The position numbers and the translations under genes were made by a program. From Mobula hypostoma (Eukaryota), in the NCBI RefSeq assembly GCF_963921235.1, contig NC_086097.1, positions 41,418,001-41,482,000 on the forward strand: 64,000 bases of DNA. Reading direction: 5' to 3'. Positions 1 to 13,351 of the stretch are shown piece by piece (within the stretch, counting starts at the first letter, position 1; each line of letters begins with the position of its first letter). Under the pieces are notes generated by a model. The model was not told the origin of the DNA. It did not search any database and was given only the letters and a program-made list of their open reading frames with translations.

Positions 1-259
1 AAGCCCTGGCCATAATCTCTCAAACTCCATAACTCTGAGCACAGGGACACTGCAAATTTTACACCCAGTTTCAATAAAGGATGTAGAAATGAACATGGTA
101 GCTACAGACCAGTAGGTTTAACTTCAGTGGTGAGAGAGAGCTGAATGCAATAATCTGAGGAAGGATAGTCATAGTCCACACTCGGACAAGTTTGTACTGA
201 ATAAAGAATATCAGCATAGATTTGTTTACACTATGTACATATTTCTTGAGGAAACAAGT

Positions 260-1170
260 TTTGCCTTCATTGGTTGGAGCATGGAGTATGAGTATTGAAA
301 AGTCATGTGCAATGGTGTGGCCACACTGGGAGTATTGTGTCCAGTGCTGGTCAACACAATATGGGAAGGGTGTGGAGGCTTTGGCGAGGGTGCAGAGGGG
401 CTCACCAGAATGTTACACAGATTAGAGATTAGTCACTATAAAGAGAACTTGGACAAACCTGGGCCGTGTTCTCTAGAGCACTCGAGGCAGATGGGGTGAC
501 CTGAGAGAATTATATAAAATTATGAGAGGCATTAGGAGGGTAGATACTCAAAGTATTTTCCCACAGTGGAAATATCAGATGTTAGTGTGCGGTGATTTAA
601 ATTGAAGTGAATTGAAGTGTCGGGGTGGGGAGAATTTAAAGAGACAAGTTTATTTTTAAACACAGGCAGGTGGGCGCCTGGAACATCTTGATGGGGCCAG
701 GTTGCAGTAAGAGCACATACAACAGCACTATTTAAGTGGCATTTAGACAGATACATGAACAGGCAGGGAACAGAAGGATATGGACCACATGCAGGTTGTA
801 ATGAGAGAGCTATGGATGGTGCTAAACTGAAGTGTAGAATGAGGTCTAGAATTAATTCCAACTGAGACTCAAAATAAACAAGATGACACAAACAAAGTCC
901 AAAGGCAAAATCACGAATAGTAGTACTAGAAATGGCAAGTCTACAATTGAGCACTGAATGCGCAGCACGAGGCCTCTAAGTACAGACTTTCCATGAAGAA
1001 ATGTGGCAGGCAATAATTGGCAGTCTGAGTCTTAAAGCGACAGTGGCAACTAACCATACTCTGGGGAATTGGAGTGCTGAAACTTGGTGCCTGCCACTGT
1101 CCAGTCAGGATCACAACACAGGGAAATGGGATTAGTTTAGGCTGGTGTCATGATTGGTGCAAACCATAAT
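260..1170 (+). mobile_element. Degraded CR1 LINE 3' fragment, interrupted at 796-1118
   Basis: Remnant VWPHWEYCVQCWS...ARVQRG (CR1 ORF2 C-terminus VRPHLEYCVQFWSP). CR1 3' UTR-like sequence resumes after 1119. Confidence 0.8.
796..1118. mobile_element. Probable solo LTR inserted in CR1
   Basis: Interrupts the CR1 between cagg (792-795) and cagg (1119-1122). Ends ttgtaat...atcacaaca form an imperfect terminal inverted repeat ending in CA. Confidence 0.5.
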
Positions 1171-1174
1171 GTAT

Positions 1175-1735
1175 AGGAACTTAACATCAGAGATAGGAGC
1201 AGGAGTAAGCCATTTGGCCCATCGAGCCTACTCTGCCATTCAATAAGATCTTGGCTGATTTGGCATGGACTCATCTCCACTTACCTGCCTTTTCCCGATC
1301 ACCCTTAATTTCCCTACAATGCAAAAGTCTATCCAGCCTTGTCTTAAATATATTTACTGAGGTAGCCTCCACTGCTTCATTGCGCTGAGAATTCCACGGA
1401 TTCACTACTCTCTGGGAAAAGCAGTTCCTCCTCATTGCCGTCCTAAATCTACTCCCCTGAATCTTGAGGCTAAGTCACCTAGTTCTAGGCTCACCTACCA
1501 GTGGAAACAACTTTCCGGCCTCTATCTTATCTATCTCTTTTATAATTTTATTTGTTTCTATAAGATCTGTTCTCATCCTTCTGAATTCCAGTGAGTGCAG
1601 ACCAAGGTGACTTAATCTCTCCTCATAGTCTAGCCCCCTCATCTCTGGAATCTACCTGGCGAACCTCCTCTGCACTGCCTACAAAGCTTGTATATCCTTC
1701 CTCAAATAAGGAGACCAGAACTGCGAGCAGTCCTC
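1175..1735 (-). mobile_element. CR1 LINE 3' fragment
   Basis: Reverse complement of a CR1 3' UTR and ORF2 tail (ggagcaggagtaagccatttggcccatcgagcc...gagaccagaactgc). Confidence 0.85.
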
Positions 1736-2003
1736 GAGAATTAGGCCATTTGGCCCATTGAGTCTGCTCTGCCTTTTCAACATGGCTGATCCATTTTCCC
1801 TCTCAGCCCCAGTCTCCTGCCTTCTCCCCTTATCCCTTCATGCCCTGACTAATCAAGAATCTATCAACCTCTGCCTTGTGAATTGGCCTCCACAGCCACC
1901 TGTGGCAAAGAATTCAAAAGATTCACCACCGTCTGGCTAAAGAAATTCCTCCTCATCTCCATTCTAAAAGGATGCCTCTCTTTTCTGAGGCTGTGCCCTC
2001 TGG
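1736..2003 (-). mobile_element. CR1 LINE 3' fragment
   Basis: Minus-strand RGHSLRKERHPFRMEMRRNFFSQTVVNLLNSLPQ, the typical CR1 ORF2 terminus. Confidence 0.85.
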
Positions 2004-2519
2004 GGGGAACAAGGGATTGTTCCTGTTCTCTTCTTTTAAGTGGAAAGTCACTGAGTAACACAGCATAGAAACAGGTCATTGAAGGAAATATGGTCTCAAT
2101 GGATTTCTGAAAGTACACTTGATCAGGCACACATTGTCACTTGTTACCAAGACTTAAGAGTATTGAGTAAAATAAAATGCAGTGACATGGATACAATAGG
2201 GGTTATTGCCAGATAATGTTGTAAAGACAGTTACGGTTATAGCATTTAAAGGGCATTTGGACAGGTGTAGATAGACATCACGTTCAGCATGGAGACATTG
2301 GTATGAAGGGACTATTACTCTTCTGTACCACTCTATGACTCAAAGTGATAAGAAACACTGTAGGAGTAGTGATAAAGTTCTTGTACTGACTGCAAGGAAG
2401 TGTATATTGTGGGGTATTGGAATATTGTGTTCAGTGCAGTTCCCTAGAATCTCTGCTTTTCTTGAAGCATATTAGTCATTTGAACTATTGTGTACAAGGC
2501 ACAGTTTCCAGTTAATAAT

Positions 2520-2910
2520 AAGTGTGGAGATATAAAAGGACTTCAAAGAGATATAGGAAGACTCCCGAATTGGGAAGGCAAGTGATAGAAGAAATTTAAC
2601 AGTGAGAGGTATGATGTGCTACATTTTGGAAAGAAGAACAGGGACAAGTAATATAACCAAGAAGGCACAATTCTGAAGTGCCACAAGATCAGAGAGATCT
2701 GGGGGTAAGTATGCTTAATTCATTCAATGAAAAAGTGAGTTGTCTTGTTCGAGAGTGAAGCAGGCACGAGGATTTGGTTTCTGCTTCTGTTTCTTAAGTG
2801 AAAGAACGTATAAGGCTGTGGGGAGTGGTTGAATTACTCTTATACAAAGCCAGGACCATCTCAATGGGCGTATCGTTCCCTTCTGTGCCTTAACCATTCT
2901 ATGATTCTGT
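2520..2910 (+). mobile_element. Old CR1 fragment
   Basis: Degenerate match to the CR1 RT C-terminal region (gtgctacattttggaaagaagaac...agagatctgggggt) and a ttctatgattct tail. Confidence 0.55.
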
Positions 2911-4172
2911 AAAATTGAAATGAAGTTTTGGAGATTGTTTCGTGTACACTTAGCTGTAAGGCATAAGAAATATATTCTTTAAAACTCAGCACACTGGAGA
3001 GCATTGTCTTATCTACCGTTTCTTTCAATTAATTACAATTTAAAAAGAAATTAACAAAATTCCAGAGAAGCAAATCTACACGGACTTGTGCTATTTCTTT
3101 TAACCTATATAATTAAGGTGATCTGGCCTTTAGCGTGCTCCAGTCTAGGGAATGCCTCTTTGCATGTGCTGCATAAACTACAAAATAACCTGCACAAATT
3201 TAGCCAGGCTCTCTAAAAATTAGTCTTTCATAGACACAGTTGTTCCTTACTGTAGACTGTGTTCCCTGATAGCTTAGGTGTTATCAAAGCTGTAAAGAGA
3301 CCAAAAATATACTCCTGAACTACAATGGCAAATTAGCACATCTTTGTGGCAAAACACATTCATGGTAATGGAACAACTGTGTGATTAAGCCTCTGATATG
3401 AATTGATTGGCTTCTAATACTCCTAAAAGAGATTTTGCACATGTGTATTAGTAAGGACTGTAATGATCAACTTCCCCTATAAACAATAAGCAAATCATTA
3501 TTGGTGATTACGAGGAGTGCCTTATGCAGCTGTCTTCAACCTTCTCTTCTCACTTAACAACTGGAATTTAGTTGTCTATCCTGTGTTTACATCAGAGCTC
3601 TCACATGCAACAACAACTAATCCGATCTCAGCAACAAAACATGATGGGCCACCTCTTGCACTAGCACGGACTTGTCTCTGGTTGTGTTTTTTTGTTTGCA
3701 CTAATGTCTGATCGTGTGCTGTCTTTCGTCTTGACTGCCTGACATCGTTTATGTTCCGCATGTTGTCTGAGCCTATGGCACTGCTGCAAGCAAGACGTTC
3801 CTCATACCTGTGCCTTGCCATACTTATGCACATAACAGTAAACTTAAGTTAACATCCATTTATCCTTGAAATTCTCTGAGGGCATCCCTTCAGAACAGTG
3901 AAGTCTTGTAACTTGTAAAGGGTCACTAGGAGAGATGGATAATTAAGTCACGGGAGCCTTGCTGAGTGTGTTACTTGGATGAAGAAGACATGGGATAAGG
4001 GGATGATGCCCATGGAGTGAAGGAGAGGCAGAAAAGTTCGGAGAATTCCTGACCCTGACTGCTGAATATGGGGTAGTTTTGAAGATAAATATGCGGCATT
4101 TAACCTGAGTATGCCTGACGGATTCTGGGTGAATGCCAGAGAGGCGATTTCTCATTATCAATTTGAATAATC

Positions 4173-4488
4173 CACAATAGCTCAGTGGCTAGCGCTTCGG
4201 TTTACAGTGTCAGCATTCACTGGTTGGGATTCAATCCCCACCGCTGCCTGCAAGGAGTTTGTATGCTCTCCCCATGATAATGCAAAATACTCTGTGTGCT
4301 CCAGTTTTCTTCCTTGCTCCAAAGCTGTTCAGTTATGGTGAATGAGTTGTGGGCATGCTATGTTGGTCCTGGAAATGTGTCAAGACTTGTGGGCTGCTGA
4401 ATACAATCCTCGCTGATTTGACTTGATTCAAATGGCGCATTTCACAGCATGGTTCGATGCACTTTTGACAAAAAAACTCATCTTCAAT
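4173..4488 (+). mobile_element. tRNA-derived V-SINE (HE1-like)
   Basis: A/B-box-like head (tagctcagtggctagc...ggattcaatccc) and V-domain-like gtttgtatgctctcccc...tgctccagtttt. Confidence 0.75.
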
Positions 4489-4947
4489 TTGCGATTTTTA
4501 ATGAACTATTGAATGCTAAGCTAGCCAGCTCATGCTTTGCAGGTCAGACTGAAATAATGCAGTGAGAACAATTCAGAGGGACAAACATGGTTGCAATTAA
4601 AGTCCTAGATCCAAACTTTGGAGATGACTTGATAACCTGTAGTTTGCGGGTCTCAGTGTCCACATCACTCTATGGAGCAGAACCATAGTGAATAGTAGAG
4701 GACAGATCCTCATACACCTGCAGCACAGCTACAACTAGCCAAATTACCACAATGATTAAACAGAGGGAAGGCTTCCTCAACAAGTTTGAACAGAAATGTC
4801 CTGGTGGGATCAAAAAATTAATTTTAAAAATTAAATTTAAAAGATAAAAATAAAATATATATTTCCTATTGCAATATATAGTTCTTTATGTATTGCACTG
4901 TATTGCTGCTACAAAACAAAGAAATTCATGACATATGTCGGTGATAC

Positions 4948-5301
4948 TAGAAACATAGAAAACCTACAGCACAATACAGGCCCTTCGGCCCACAAAGCTG
5001 TGCCGAACATGTACTTACCTGAGAAATTACCTAGGGTTACCCATAGCCCTCTATTTTTCTGGGATCCATATACCTGTCCAGGAGTCTCTTAAAAGACCCT
5101 ATCATATCCGCCTCCACCACTCTCGCTGGCAGCCCATTCCATGCACTCACCACTCTCTGTGTAAAAAACTTACCCCTGATATCTCCTCTGTACCTTCTTC
5201 CAAGCACCTTAAAATTGTGCCCTCTTGTGCTAGTTATTTCAGCCCTAGGAAAAAGCCTCTGTTTATCCACATGATCAATGCCTCTCATCATCTTATACAC
5301 C
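4948..5301 (-). mobile_element. Young CR1 3' fragment (354 bp) inserted in a Rex/Babar-type 3' end
   Basis: ORF 5037-5303 VYKMMRGIDHVDKQRLFPR...GSFKRLLDRYM and an octamer tail (tttctatg). Confidence 0.92.
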
Positions 5302-5988
5302 AATTAAATCTGATTCTAAGGGTCAGAAGACCATACAAGGTACTGACAGACACTTGCAGCTTCCTGGGCAAGGCTGTTGGCTACATTTGCCGCAAGATAA
5401 TCCCAAAAGTTCCTTTGTATTTACCTTTTATAGCATTTTGCAATTGGCATGACACATTACGACTCGAAATGAGTGGTTTGCACCATGGAGAACTCTCCTG
5501 CTGGTTCAGGGAGACACCTGTCGCACACTCCAGTCGATCAGACAGTGTTTATTGTTGAAGCATATTGGAGAATGTGCCTTATGTGGCACTGGGAAACAAA
5601 GCTTCTCTACCAATCTGATGCTACTGAACAGCATGGTATTCCAACAATATGGGACAATGATATTGTGCTACAGTATATGAACTGCTTCCCAAAATCACAG
5701 TTGCCACCTGTTCAGCATCATTTCAGTGCACCAGCTCTAACATTTGATAGTTTGAAGAGGAGCACTTGAAAATTAAGAGCTTAACCACAGTCAGCTCTAA
5801 TGGGCAGGCCATATCATTTGCATATACAACACATAAAATAGGCACTGTTCTCTGAGCTTTCTCATGCTAATGGATTACTTGGTGGGTTGAGTGAACATCA
5901 GGGGTGTTCTCAAGCTCTCCATTGCGGTTAGTGCAATGCCTTCACAGTGTCAGCGACCCAGCTTCAATTCCTGCCACTGTAAGGAGTT

Positions 5989-6684
5989 AGAACGGCTCCA
6001 CTTATTATCAGAGAATGCATACAGTATACAAGCTGAAATACTTAGTCTTCACAGTCATGCACGAGAAACAGAAAAATCCCAAAAGAATGAATGACAGAAA
6101 AACGTTGGCACCCCGAAGCCCCCTCTCCCCCGCGCAAGGAGCAGCAAGCATCAACCTCCCCCCCCATCCACTTCAGCAAAATGTGTCAGTGCCCACCACC
6201 CACGAAGCAACAGTAAAGCTCCCAAAGAGAGACCATGATCTGCAGTCAACAATGTCTATTGTTTACCCTACTGTTCGACATGCCACAGGCTCTCTCTCTC
6301 TCTCTGTAACAATGGACAGGGAGGTGTCACCCATTCCACAGCGAAAGCGGAGACCAGCAGTCACTGTTACGGAATTACAGTCTGCCACGTAGCTTTTTTA
6401 TTCCACGATTCTCTCACTCGACAATCAACAGCAAACACTCCCCACAATTCGAGAGAAAGAGAGAGAGAAAGTGGTCATATGACTACAGAGACCTCCGTAT
6501 ACAGCATCTGCCGCCACGAAATCCTGATGATCCATCTCCTGCCATGCCCCAGTCATCAGTGGTGCCAGCCTGAAATCTGCCATCCACAGGGCTGTACCCT
6601 GTACTCTGGCGTCCTCTGGAGATTATCAGTCGGACGGTCGCTGAGCTCCAATAACAGGAATTCATCACCATGAAAAAAAAATGC
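5989..6684 (-). mobile_element. Non-autonomous non-LTR element related to the one at 10802-11646
   Basis: Shares blocks with 10802-11646 (gaatgaatgacag, ccccgaagcccc, ttcgacatgccacaggctctct). Interrupts the V-SINE with a short agtt duplication. Confidence 0.6.
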
Positions 6685-8358
6685 AGTTTGTATGTTGTTT
6701 GGAAGGCTGCATGGGTTTTTCCGGGTGCTCCAGTTTCCTCCCACATACTAAAGGTTTATGGGCTAGTCACCGGGTGGGAGCACGTAAAGAGACCTACCTC
6801 TTTAATCAGGTCCGCAATCAAAATTAAAAACTTTGCTGCAGTTTCTCGGAGTTGGATTGTAACCAAGCACCAAGTGGGATTCATTAGAAAGGAAATAAAT
6901 AAAAATAACACATGGAGGCAGAGTGGCCATTCTTTTGAACAGGCCAGTGTTTAGAGTGGTTTGGGCTCGTTAGGATTAGGCAAGATCAAGCTTGCGTGAG
7001 GTAAAGTACCTGGTAAATTTCTCTTTTTGTTCTTAATTGCTTATTCTTTGTCTATTAGGGCATAGTGGTGCAGTGAGAATGGCTCCAGGAGCAGTGTTTG
7101 GGAGATGTGGGAAATCTGGTAGACCTGCAGTCTCAGGGATAAACACATCTGCAACAGGTATACTGAGCTGCAGTTCCTGAGAGAACATATTAAGGAACTG
7201 GAGCCGCAGCTAGATAACCTTCAGCTCATACAGGAGAACGAGAAGGTGATAGGAGCTAAAACGAGGTAATCACCCTGAGGTTGCAGGAGATAGGTAACTG
7301 GGTAAGTGTCAGGAGAAGGAATGGAAATGCACAGCCATTGCAGAGTACCCTGAGGCCATTGCCCTTAGTAATAAGTATACCACTTTAGATATTGTTGAGG
7401 GGAATGACCTATCGGGGTGAGCCACAGTGATCAGGTCTGTGGCATTGAGTCTGGTGCTGTGACTCAGAGGAGCAGAGAGGTGAAGAGGGATATAGTGTTG
7501 ATAGGAGATTCCATAGTCGGATGAACAGAGACGAGGTTCTGTGGGCATAATAGAGTCACCTGGATGGTGTGTTGCCTCCCTGATGCCAGGATTAGGAATG
7601 TCTCAGATCGGGTCCATGTGATTCTCAAGGGGGAGGGTGAACAACCAGAAGTCTTAATACACATTGGCACCAAGGACATAGGCAGACAAGGTGAGGAGGT
7701 CCTTAAGAGAGATTTCATGGAGCAAGGTAGAAAGCTGAAAAACAGGATATCTAGGGTAGTAATCTCTGGATTGCTGCACATGCCTTATACCAGTGAAGGT
7801 AAGAATAAGATGATATAGCATGTGAATGCATGGCTGAGGATCTGGTGCAGGGGGCAGGCGTTCAGATTTATGAATCATTGGGATCTATTAAGGGGAAGAT
7901 ATGATCTGTGCAAAAGCGATGGTTTATACCTGAACACGAGGGGGACCAAGATTCTTGCGGGCAGGTTTGCAAGAGTTGTTTGGGAGGGTTTAAACTAATT
8001 TGGCAGGGGGATGGGAATCAGAGTGATAGTGCTAAGGATAAGGTGGTTGGTTTACGAACAGAGACAATGTGTAGTGAGGATCGAGGCAGGGGGAGGCTCG
8101 TGGTAGGGCAAAATTGTAGTCAACAGGATGAGTTGCAGTGTAAAAGGCAGACAAAATTGAAAAGGTTGAAAACAGGACTGAAGGTGTTAGATTTCAATGC
8201 ACGCAGTATATGGAACAAGGTAGATGAACTTCGAGCACAGTTCATTGGCATATGTGTGTTGTAGGCATCACTGAGTCATGGCTGGGAGCTTAACATCCAA
8301 GGACATTGTATTGAAAGGACAGGTAGGGAGGCAGAGAGGGTACCGTTGCTCTATTGGT

Positions 8359-10097
8359 AGAAACATAGAAACATAGAAAACCTACAGCACATTACAGGCC
8401 CTTATGCCCACAAAGTTGTGCCCTTAGAAATTACTAGGCTTACTTATAGCCCTCTATTTTACTAAGCTCCACGTACCTATCTAAAAGCCTCTTAAAAGAC
8501 CCTATCGTATCGGCCTCCACCACTGTTGCAGGTAGCCCATTCCACACAGTCACCACTCTCTGAGTAAAAAATATGCCCCTGATATCTCCTCTGTACCTAC
8601 TCCCCAGCACCTTAAACCTGTGTCCTCTTGTGGCAATCATTTCAGCCCTGGGAAAAAGCCTCTGACTATCCACATGATCAATCCCTCTCATCATCTTATA
8701 CACCTCTATCAGGTCACCTCTCATCCTCCTTTGCTCCATGGAGAAAAGGACAAGTCCACTCAACCTATTCTCATAAGGCATGCTCCCCAATCCAGGCAAC
8801 ATCCTTGTAAATCTCCTCTGCACCCTTTCTATGGCTTCCACATCCTTCCTGTAGTGAGGCGACCAGAATTGAGCACAGTACTCCAAATGGGGTCTGACCA
8901 GGGTCCTATATAGCTGCAACATTACCTCTCGGCTCCTAAATTCAATTCCACAATTGATAAAGGCCAATACACCGTACACCTTCTTAACCACAGAGTCAAC
9001 CTGCGCAGCTGCTTTGAGTGTCCTATGGACTCGGACCCCAAGATTCCTGTGATCCTCCACACTGCCGAGAGTCTTGCCATTAATACTATATCTTGCTGTC
9101 ATATTTGACCTACCAAAATGAACCACTTCACACTTACCTGGGTTGAACTCCATCTGCCACTTCTCAGCCCAGTTCTGCATCCTATCAATGTCCCGCTATA
9201 ACCTCTTGACAGCCACTATCCACAACACCTTCAACCTTTGTGTCAGCAGCAAACTTACTTACCCATCCCTCCACTTCCTCATCAAGGTCATTTATAAAAA
9301 TTACGAAGAGTAGGGGTCCCAGAACAGATCCCTGAGGCACTCCACTGGTAACCGACCTCCATGCAGAATATGACCCGTCTACAATCACTGTTTGCCTTCT
9401 GTGGGAAAGCCAGTTCTGGATCCACAAAGCAATGTCCCCTTGGATCCCATGCTTCCTTACTTTCTAAATAAACCTTGCATGGGGTACCTTATCAAATGCC
9501 TTGCTGAAATCCATATACACTATATCTACTGCTCTTCCTTCATCAATGTGTTTAGTCACATCCTCAAAAATTCAATCAGGCTCGTAAGGCATGACTTGCC
9601 CTTGACAAAGACATGCTGACTATTCCTAATCATATTATACCTCACCAAATGTTCATAAATCCTGCCTCTCAGGATCTTCTCCATCAACTTACCAGCCACT
9701 GAGGTAAGACGCACTGGTCTATAATTTCCTGGGCTATCTCTACTCCCTTCCTTGAATAAAGGAACAAAATCCACAACCCTCCAATCCTCCAGAACCTCTC
9801 CTGTCCCTATTGATGATGCAAAGATCATCGCCAGAGGCTTAGCAATCTCCTCCCTCACCTCCCACAGTAGCCTGGGGTACATTTTGTCTGGTCCCGGCGA
9901 TTTATCCAACTTGTTGCTTTCCAAAAGCTCCAGCACATCCTCTTTCTTAATATCTACATGCTCAAGCTCTTCTGTCTGCTGCAAGTCATCACTACAATCA
10001 CTTATATCCTTTTCTATAGTGAATACTGCAGTAAAGTATTCATTAAGTACCTTTGCTATTTCCTCCAGTTCCATACACATTTTCCCACTGTCACACT
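8359..10097 (-). mobile_element. Young 5'-truncated CR1 (1.74 kb) nested in the older CR1
   Basis: ORFs 9556-10080, 9185-9427 and 8440-9180 encode CR1 RT ([37 protein letters not shown]). Tail (tttctatg)n. Confidence 0.95.
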
Positions 10098-10801
10098 TGA
10101 CAAAAATGAAATTAAAAAATTAAAAAATCAAAAATTAAAAAATGAAGTCAAATAATTGGAAAGACGTGGCATAGGGTCTGAAAATGTTGAAACATTGTGG
10201 ATAGAGCTCAGGAACTGCAAGGGTAAAAAGACCCTGTTGGGAATTATGTACAGGCTCTCAAATAGTAGTAAGGATGGCCTACAGATTACAACGGGGATAG
10301 AAAATGCATGCCAAAAAGGCAATGTTACAATTGTCATGGGGATTTCAATATGCAGGTATATTGGGGAAATCAGGTTCGTGCGGAATCTCACAAGAGAGAG
10401 AGTTTCTAAAATGCCGATGAGAATTTTAGAGTAGCTCATGGTTGAGCCCACTAGAGGATAAACTATTCTGGACTAGGTGTTGTGCAATGAACCAGAATTG
10501 ATTAGAGAGCTTAAGATAAAAGAACCCTTAGGAGAAGCAATCTTAATGTGATTGAATTTACCCTGAAATTTGAAAAGGAGAAGCTGAAGTCAGGTGTATC
10601 AGTATTACAGTGAAATAAAATGAATTATAGAAGCCTGAGAGTGGATTGGCCCCAATTGCTTGGAAAAGAACACTGGCAGGGATGATGGTAGAACAGCAGT
10701 GGCTGAAATTTCTGGAAACAATTCTGAAGACACAGGATATATACATCCCAAAGAGGAAGAATTATTCTAAAGGCAAAACGACACAACCATGGCTAATAAA
10801 G

Positions 10802-11646
10802 GTTCAAAGGTACAAGTTAATGTTAGAGAAATGTATACAATATACATCCTGAAATGCTTTTTCTTTGTAACCAGCTACAAAAACAGGGGAGTGCCCCAAG
10901 AATGAACGGCAGTTAAATGTTAGAACCCCAAAGTCCACCCAGCTCCCCTCCCTCCTGTGTGTAAGTGGCAGCAAGCAACAGTCCCCCTCCCCCCACCGGC
11001 AAAAATAAAGCGCACCAGCTACCATCACTCAAGCATGAGCAAAGCAATAGCAAAGAGACAGACTTGCAGTTACCACAAAGACTACATTGTTCACCCGATA
11101 ATTCGACATGCCGCAGGCTCTCTTTCTCCTAATAAGGGAGAAAAAGGTGACTCCATTTTCCAATGACTGGGGAGACATAACAAGCAACTCGCTGGTTTAT
11201 AATGTTAAAAATACGTTACAACTCGTGGTTTATGATGTTAAAAATACGTTACGTCGCTTTTTTCGAGCTCTGTGCCCGAAGATCACAAAGATCCCGGGTC
11301 TCCAGGCACACAGCAGATGTTCCGACTTCCCCAATGACACACTGGTCTCCTGTGGTGACACCGACCCTTGATCCACCCGTCTCCAGTTCCTCAAGATCCC
11401 AGGCTAGAGAATTTGAGCTGAAATCTTAGGCCGAGGCTTTGGCATGCCAAATAACAGCCAATTATGGAACCCCGAGAACGGGTCCCATTCGCGCAAAGGT
11501 CCATAGTCAGCATGTAACTCCATGTCAGGGTCTTCAAAGGAACACCGAAAGGGAAAAATAGAGGTATTAAAGATGGAAATAGAACTGTTTTTGAAGATGC
11601 AAGCAAAGGAGTCGCCGTTGGGCGCCATAACTAAGCTCCGTCTCCT
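10802..11646 (-). mobile_element. Non-autonomous non-LTR element (Rex/Babar-like termini) nested in CR1
   Basis: Interrupts CR1 ORF2 after TQPWLI. Minus-strand 5' end gagacggagcttagttatggcgcc, 3' end tgtacctttgaacc. No coding capacity. Confidence 0.65.
11185..11251 (+). repeat. Tandem duplication, 34 + 33 bp
   Basis: caactcgctggtttataatgttaaaaatacgtta followed by caactcgtggtttatgatgttaaaaatacgtta. Confidence 0.95.
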
Positions 11647-13351
11647 TATTAATAAGCGTAGACAAAGCCAACATTAAAGCCAAAGAGAATGCATATAATG
11701 AAGCAAAAATTAGTGGGAAGTTAAAGGATTAGGAAGCTTTTAAAAACCAACAGAAGACAACTAAAAAGTCATTAAGAAGGAAAAGATGGAATACGAAAGT
11801 AAGCTAGCCAATAATATTAAAGATATCAAAAGTTTTTTTCAGATACATAAAGAGAGGTGAGAGTGGATATTGGACTGCTGGAAAACAATGCTGGAGAGGT
11901 AGTAATGGGGGACAAGAAAATGATGGACGAACCGGATATGAATTTTGCATCAGTCTTCACTGTGGAAGATAATAACAGTATGCTGGAAGTTCAGGTGTAT
12001 TAGGGGTCAGAAGTGTGTGAAGTTGCCATTACTAGGGAGAAGGGTTTTGGGAAACTGAGAAGTCTGAAGGTAGGTAAGTCACCTAGACCAGATGGTGTAC
12101 ACTCCAGGGTTCTGAAAGGTGGCTGAAGAGATTATGGAGGTATTGGTAATGATTTTTCAAGAACCACTAGATTTGATTCAGGAAAGCCAGAAAATTGCTA
12201 ACATCACTCCACTTTTCAAGAAGTGGGTGAGGCAGAAGAAAGGAAATTATAGGCCAGTTAGTGTGACCTCGGTGGTTGGGAAGTTATTGGAGTCGGTTGT
12301 TAAAGATGTGGTTTTATGGTACTTGGAAGCACATGATAAAATAGGCTGTAGTCAGCATAACTTCCTCAAGGGAAAATCTTGCCTAACAATTCTGTTTGAA
12401 TTCTTTGTCTATAACAAACAGTACAGACAAAGGAGATAAGTGGATGTTGTGTACTTAGATTTTTAGAAGGCTTTTGACAAGGTGCCACAAATGAGGCTGT
12501 TTAAGAAGTTAAGAGCCTGTGGTATTACAGGAAAGATACTAACACGGATAAAGCAGGAGGCAAAGAGTGGGAATAAAGGGAGCCTTTTGCTGATTGGCTG
12601 CCAGTGACTGGTGATGTTCCACAGGGGTCTGTGTTGGGACCATTTTTACATTATATGCCAATGACTTGGATGAAGGAATTAATGGCTTTATTACAAAGTT
12701 TGCAGACAGTACAAGGTTACGTGGGGGGGCAGGTAATTTTGAGGAAGCGGAGAGGCTTAGACAGATCAGGAGGATGGGCAAGGAAGTGGCAGATGCAATA
12801 CAGTGTCAGGAAGTGTATGGCTATGCACTTTGGTAGAAGAAATGAAAGGGTTGACTATTTTCTAAATAGAGATAAAATACAAAATCTGAGGTACAAAGGG
12901 ACTTGGGAATCCTTTGAAGCATTCCCTAAAGGTTAATTTGAGTCTGTGGCGAGAAAAGCAAATGAGATGTTAGCATTATTTCAAGAGGATTGGAATATAA
13001 AAGCAAGGATGTAATACTGAGGCTTTATAAAGCAATGGTGAGGCTTCACTTGAAGTATTGTGAGCAGGTTTGGGCTCCTTATCTGAGAAAGGATGTGCTG
13101 GCACTGGAGACCAAAGGAGTCTTATGAAAATGATTCCAGGATTGAACAGCTTGTCATATAAAGAGTGTTTGATGGCTCTGGGCTTGAATTCACTGGAATT
13201 CAGAAGAATGAGGGGTGACCTAATTGAAGTCTATTGAATGTTGAAACACCTTGAAAGAGCGGATGTGGAGAGGATATTTCCAATGGTGGGAGAGTCTGGG
13301 ACCAGGGGACACAGCCTCAGAATAGAGGGGTGTCCTTTTAGAACAGAGATG

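Noticed and set aside
4173..4250. tRNA-like sequences here and near 34156, 55648 and 58500
   Set aside because: They are degenerate SINE heads followed by SINE bodies; no cloverleaf can be formed.
11185..11251. Direct repeats of CRISPR-like length
   Set aside because: Two adjacent units with no spacer, in vertebrate TE context with no cas genes.
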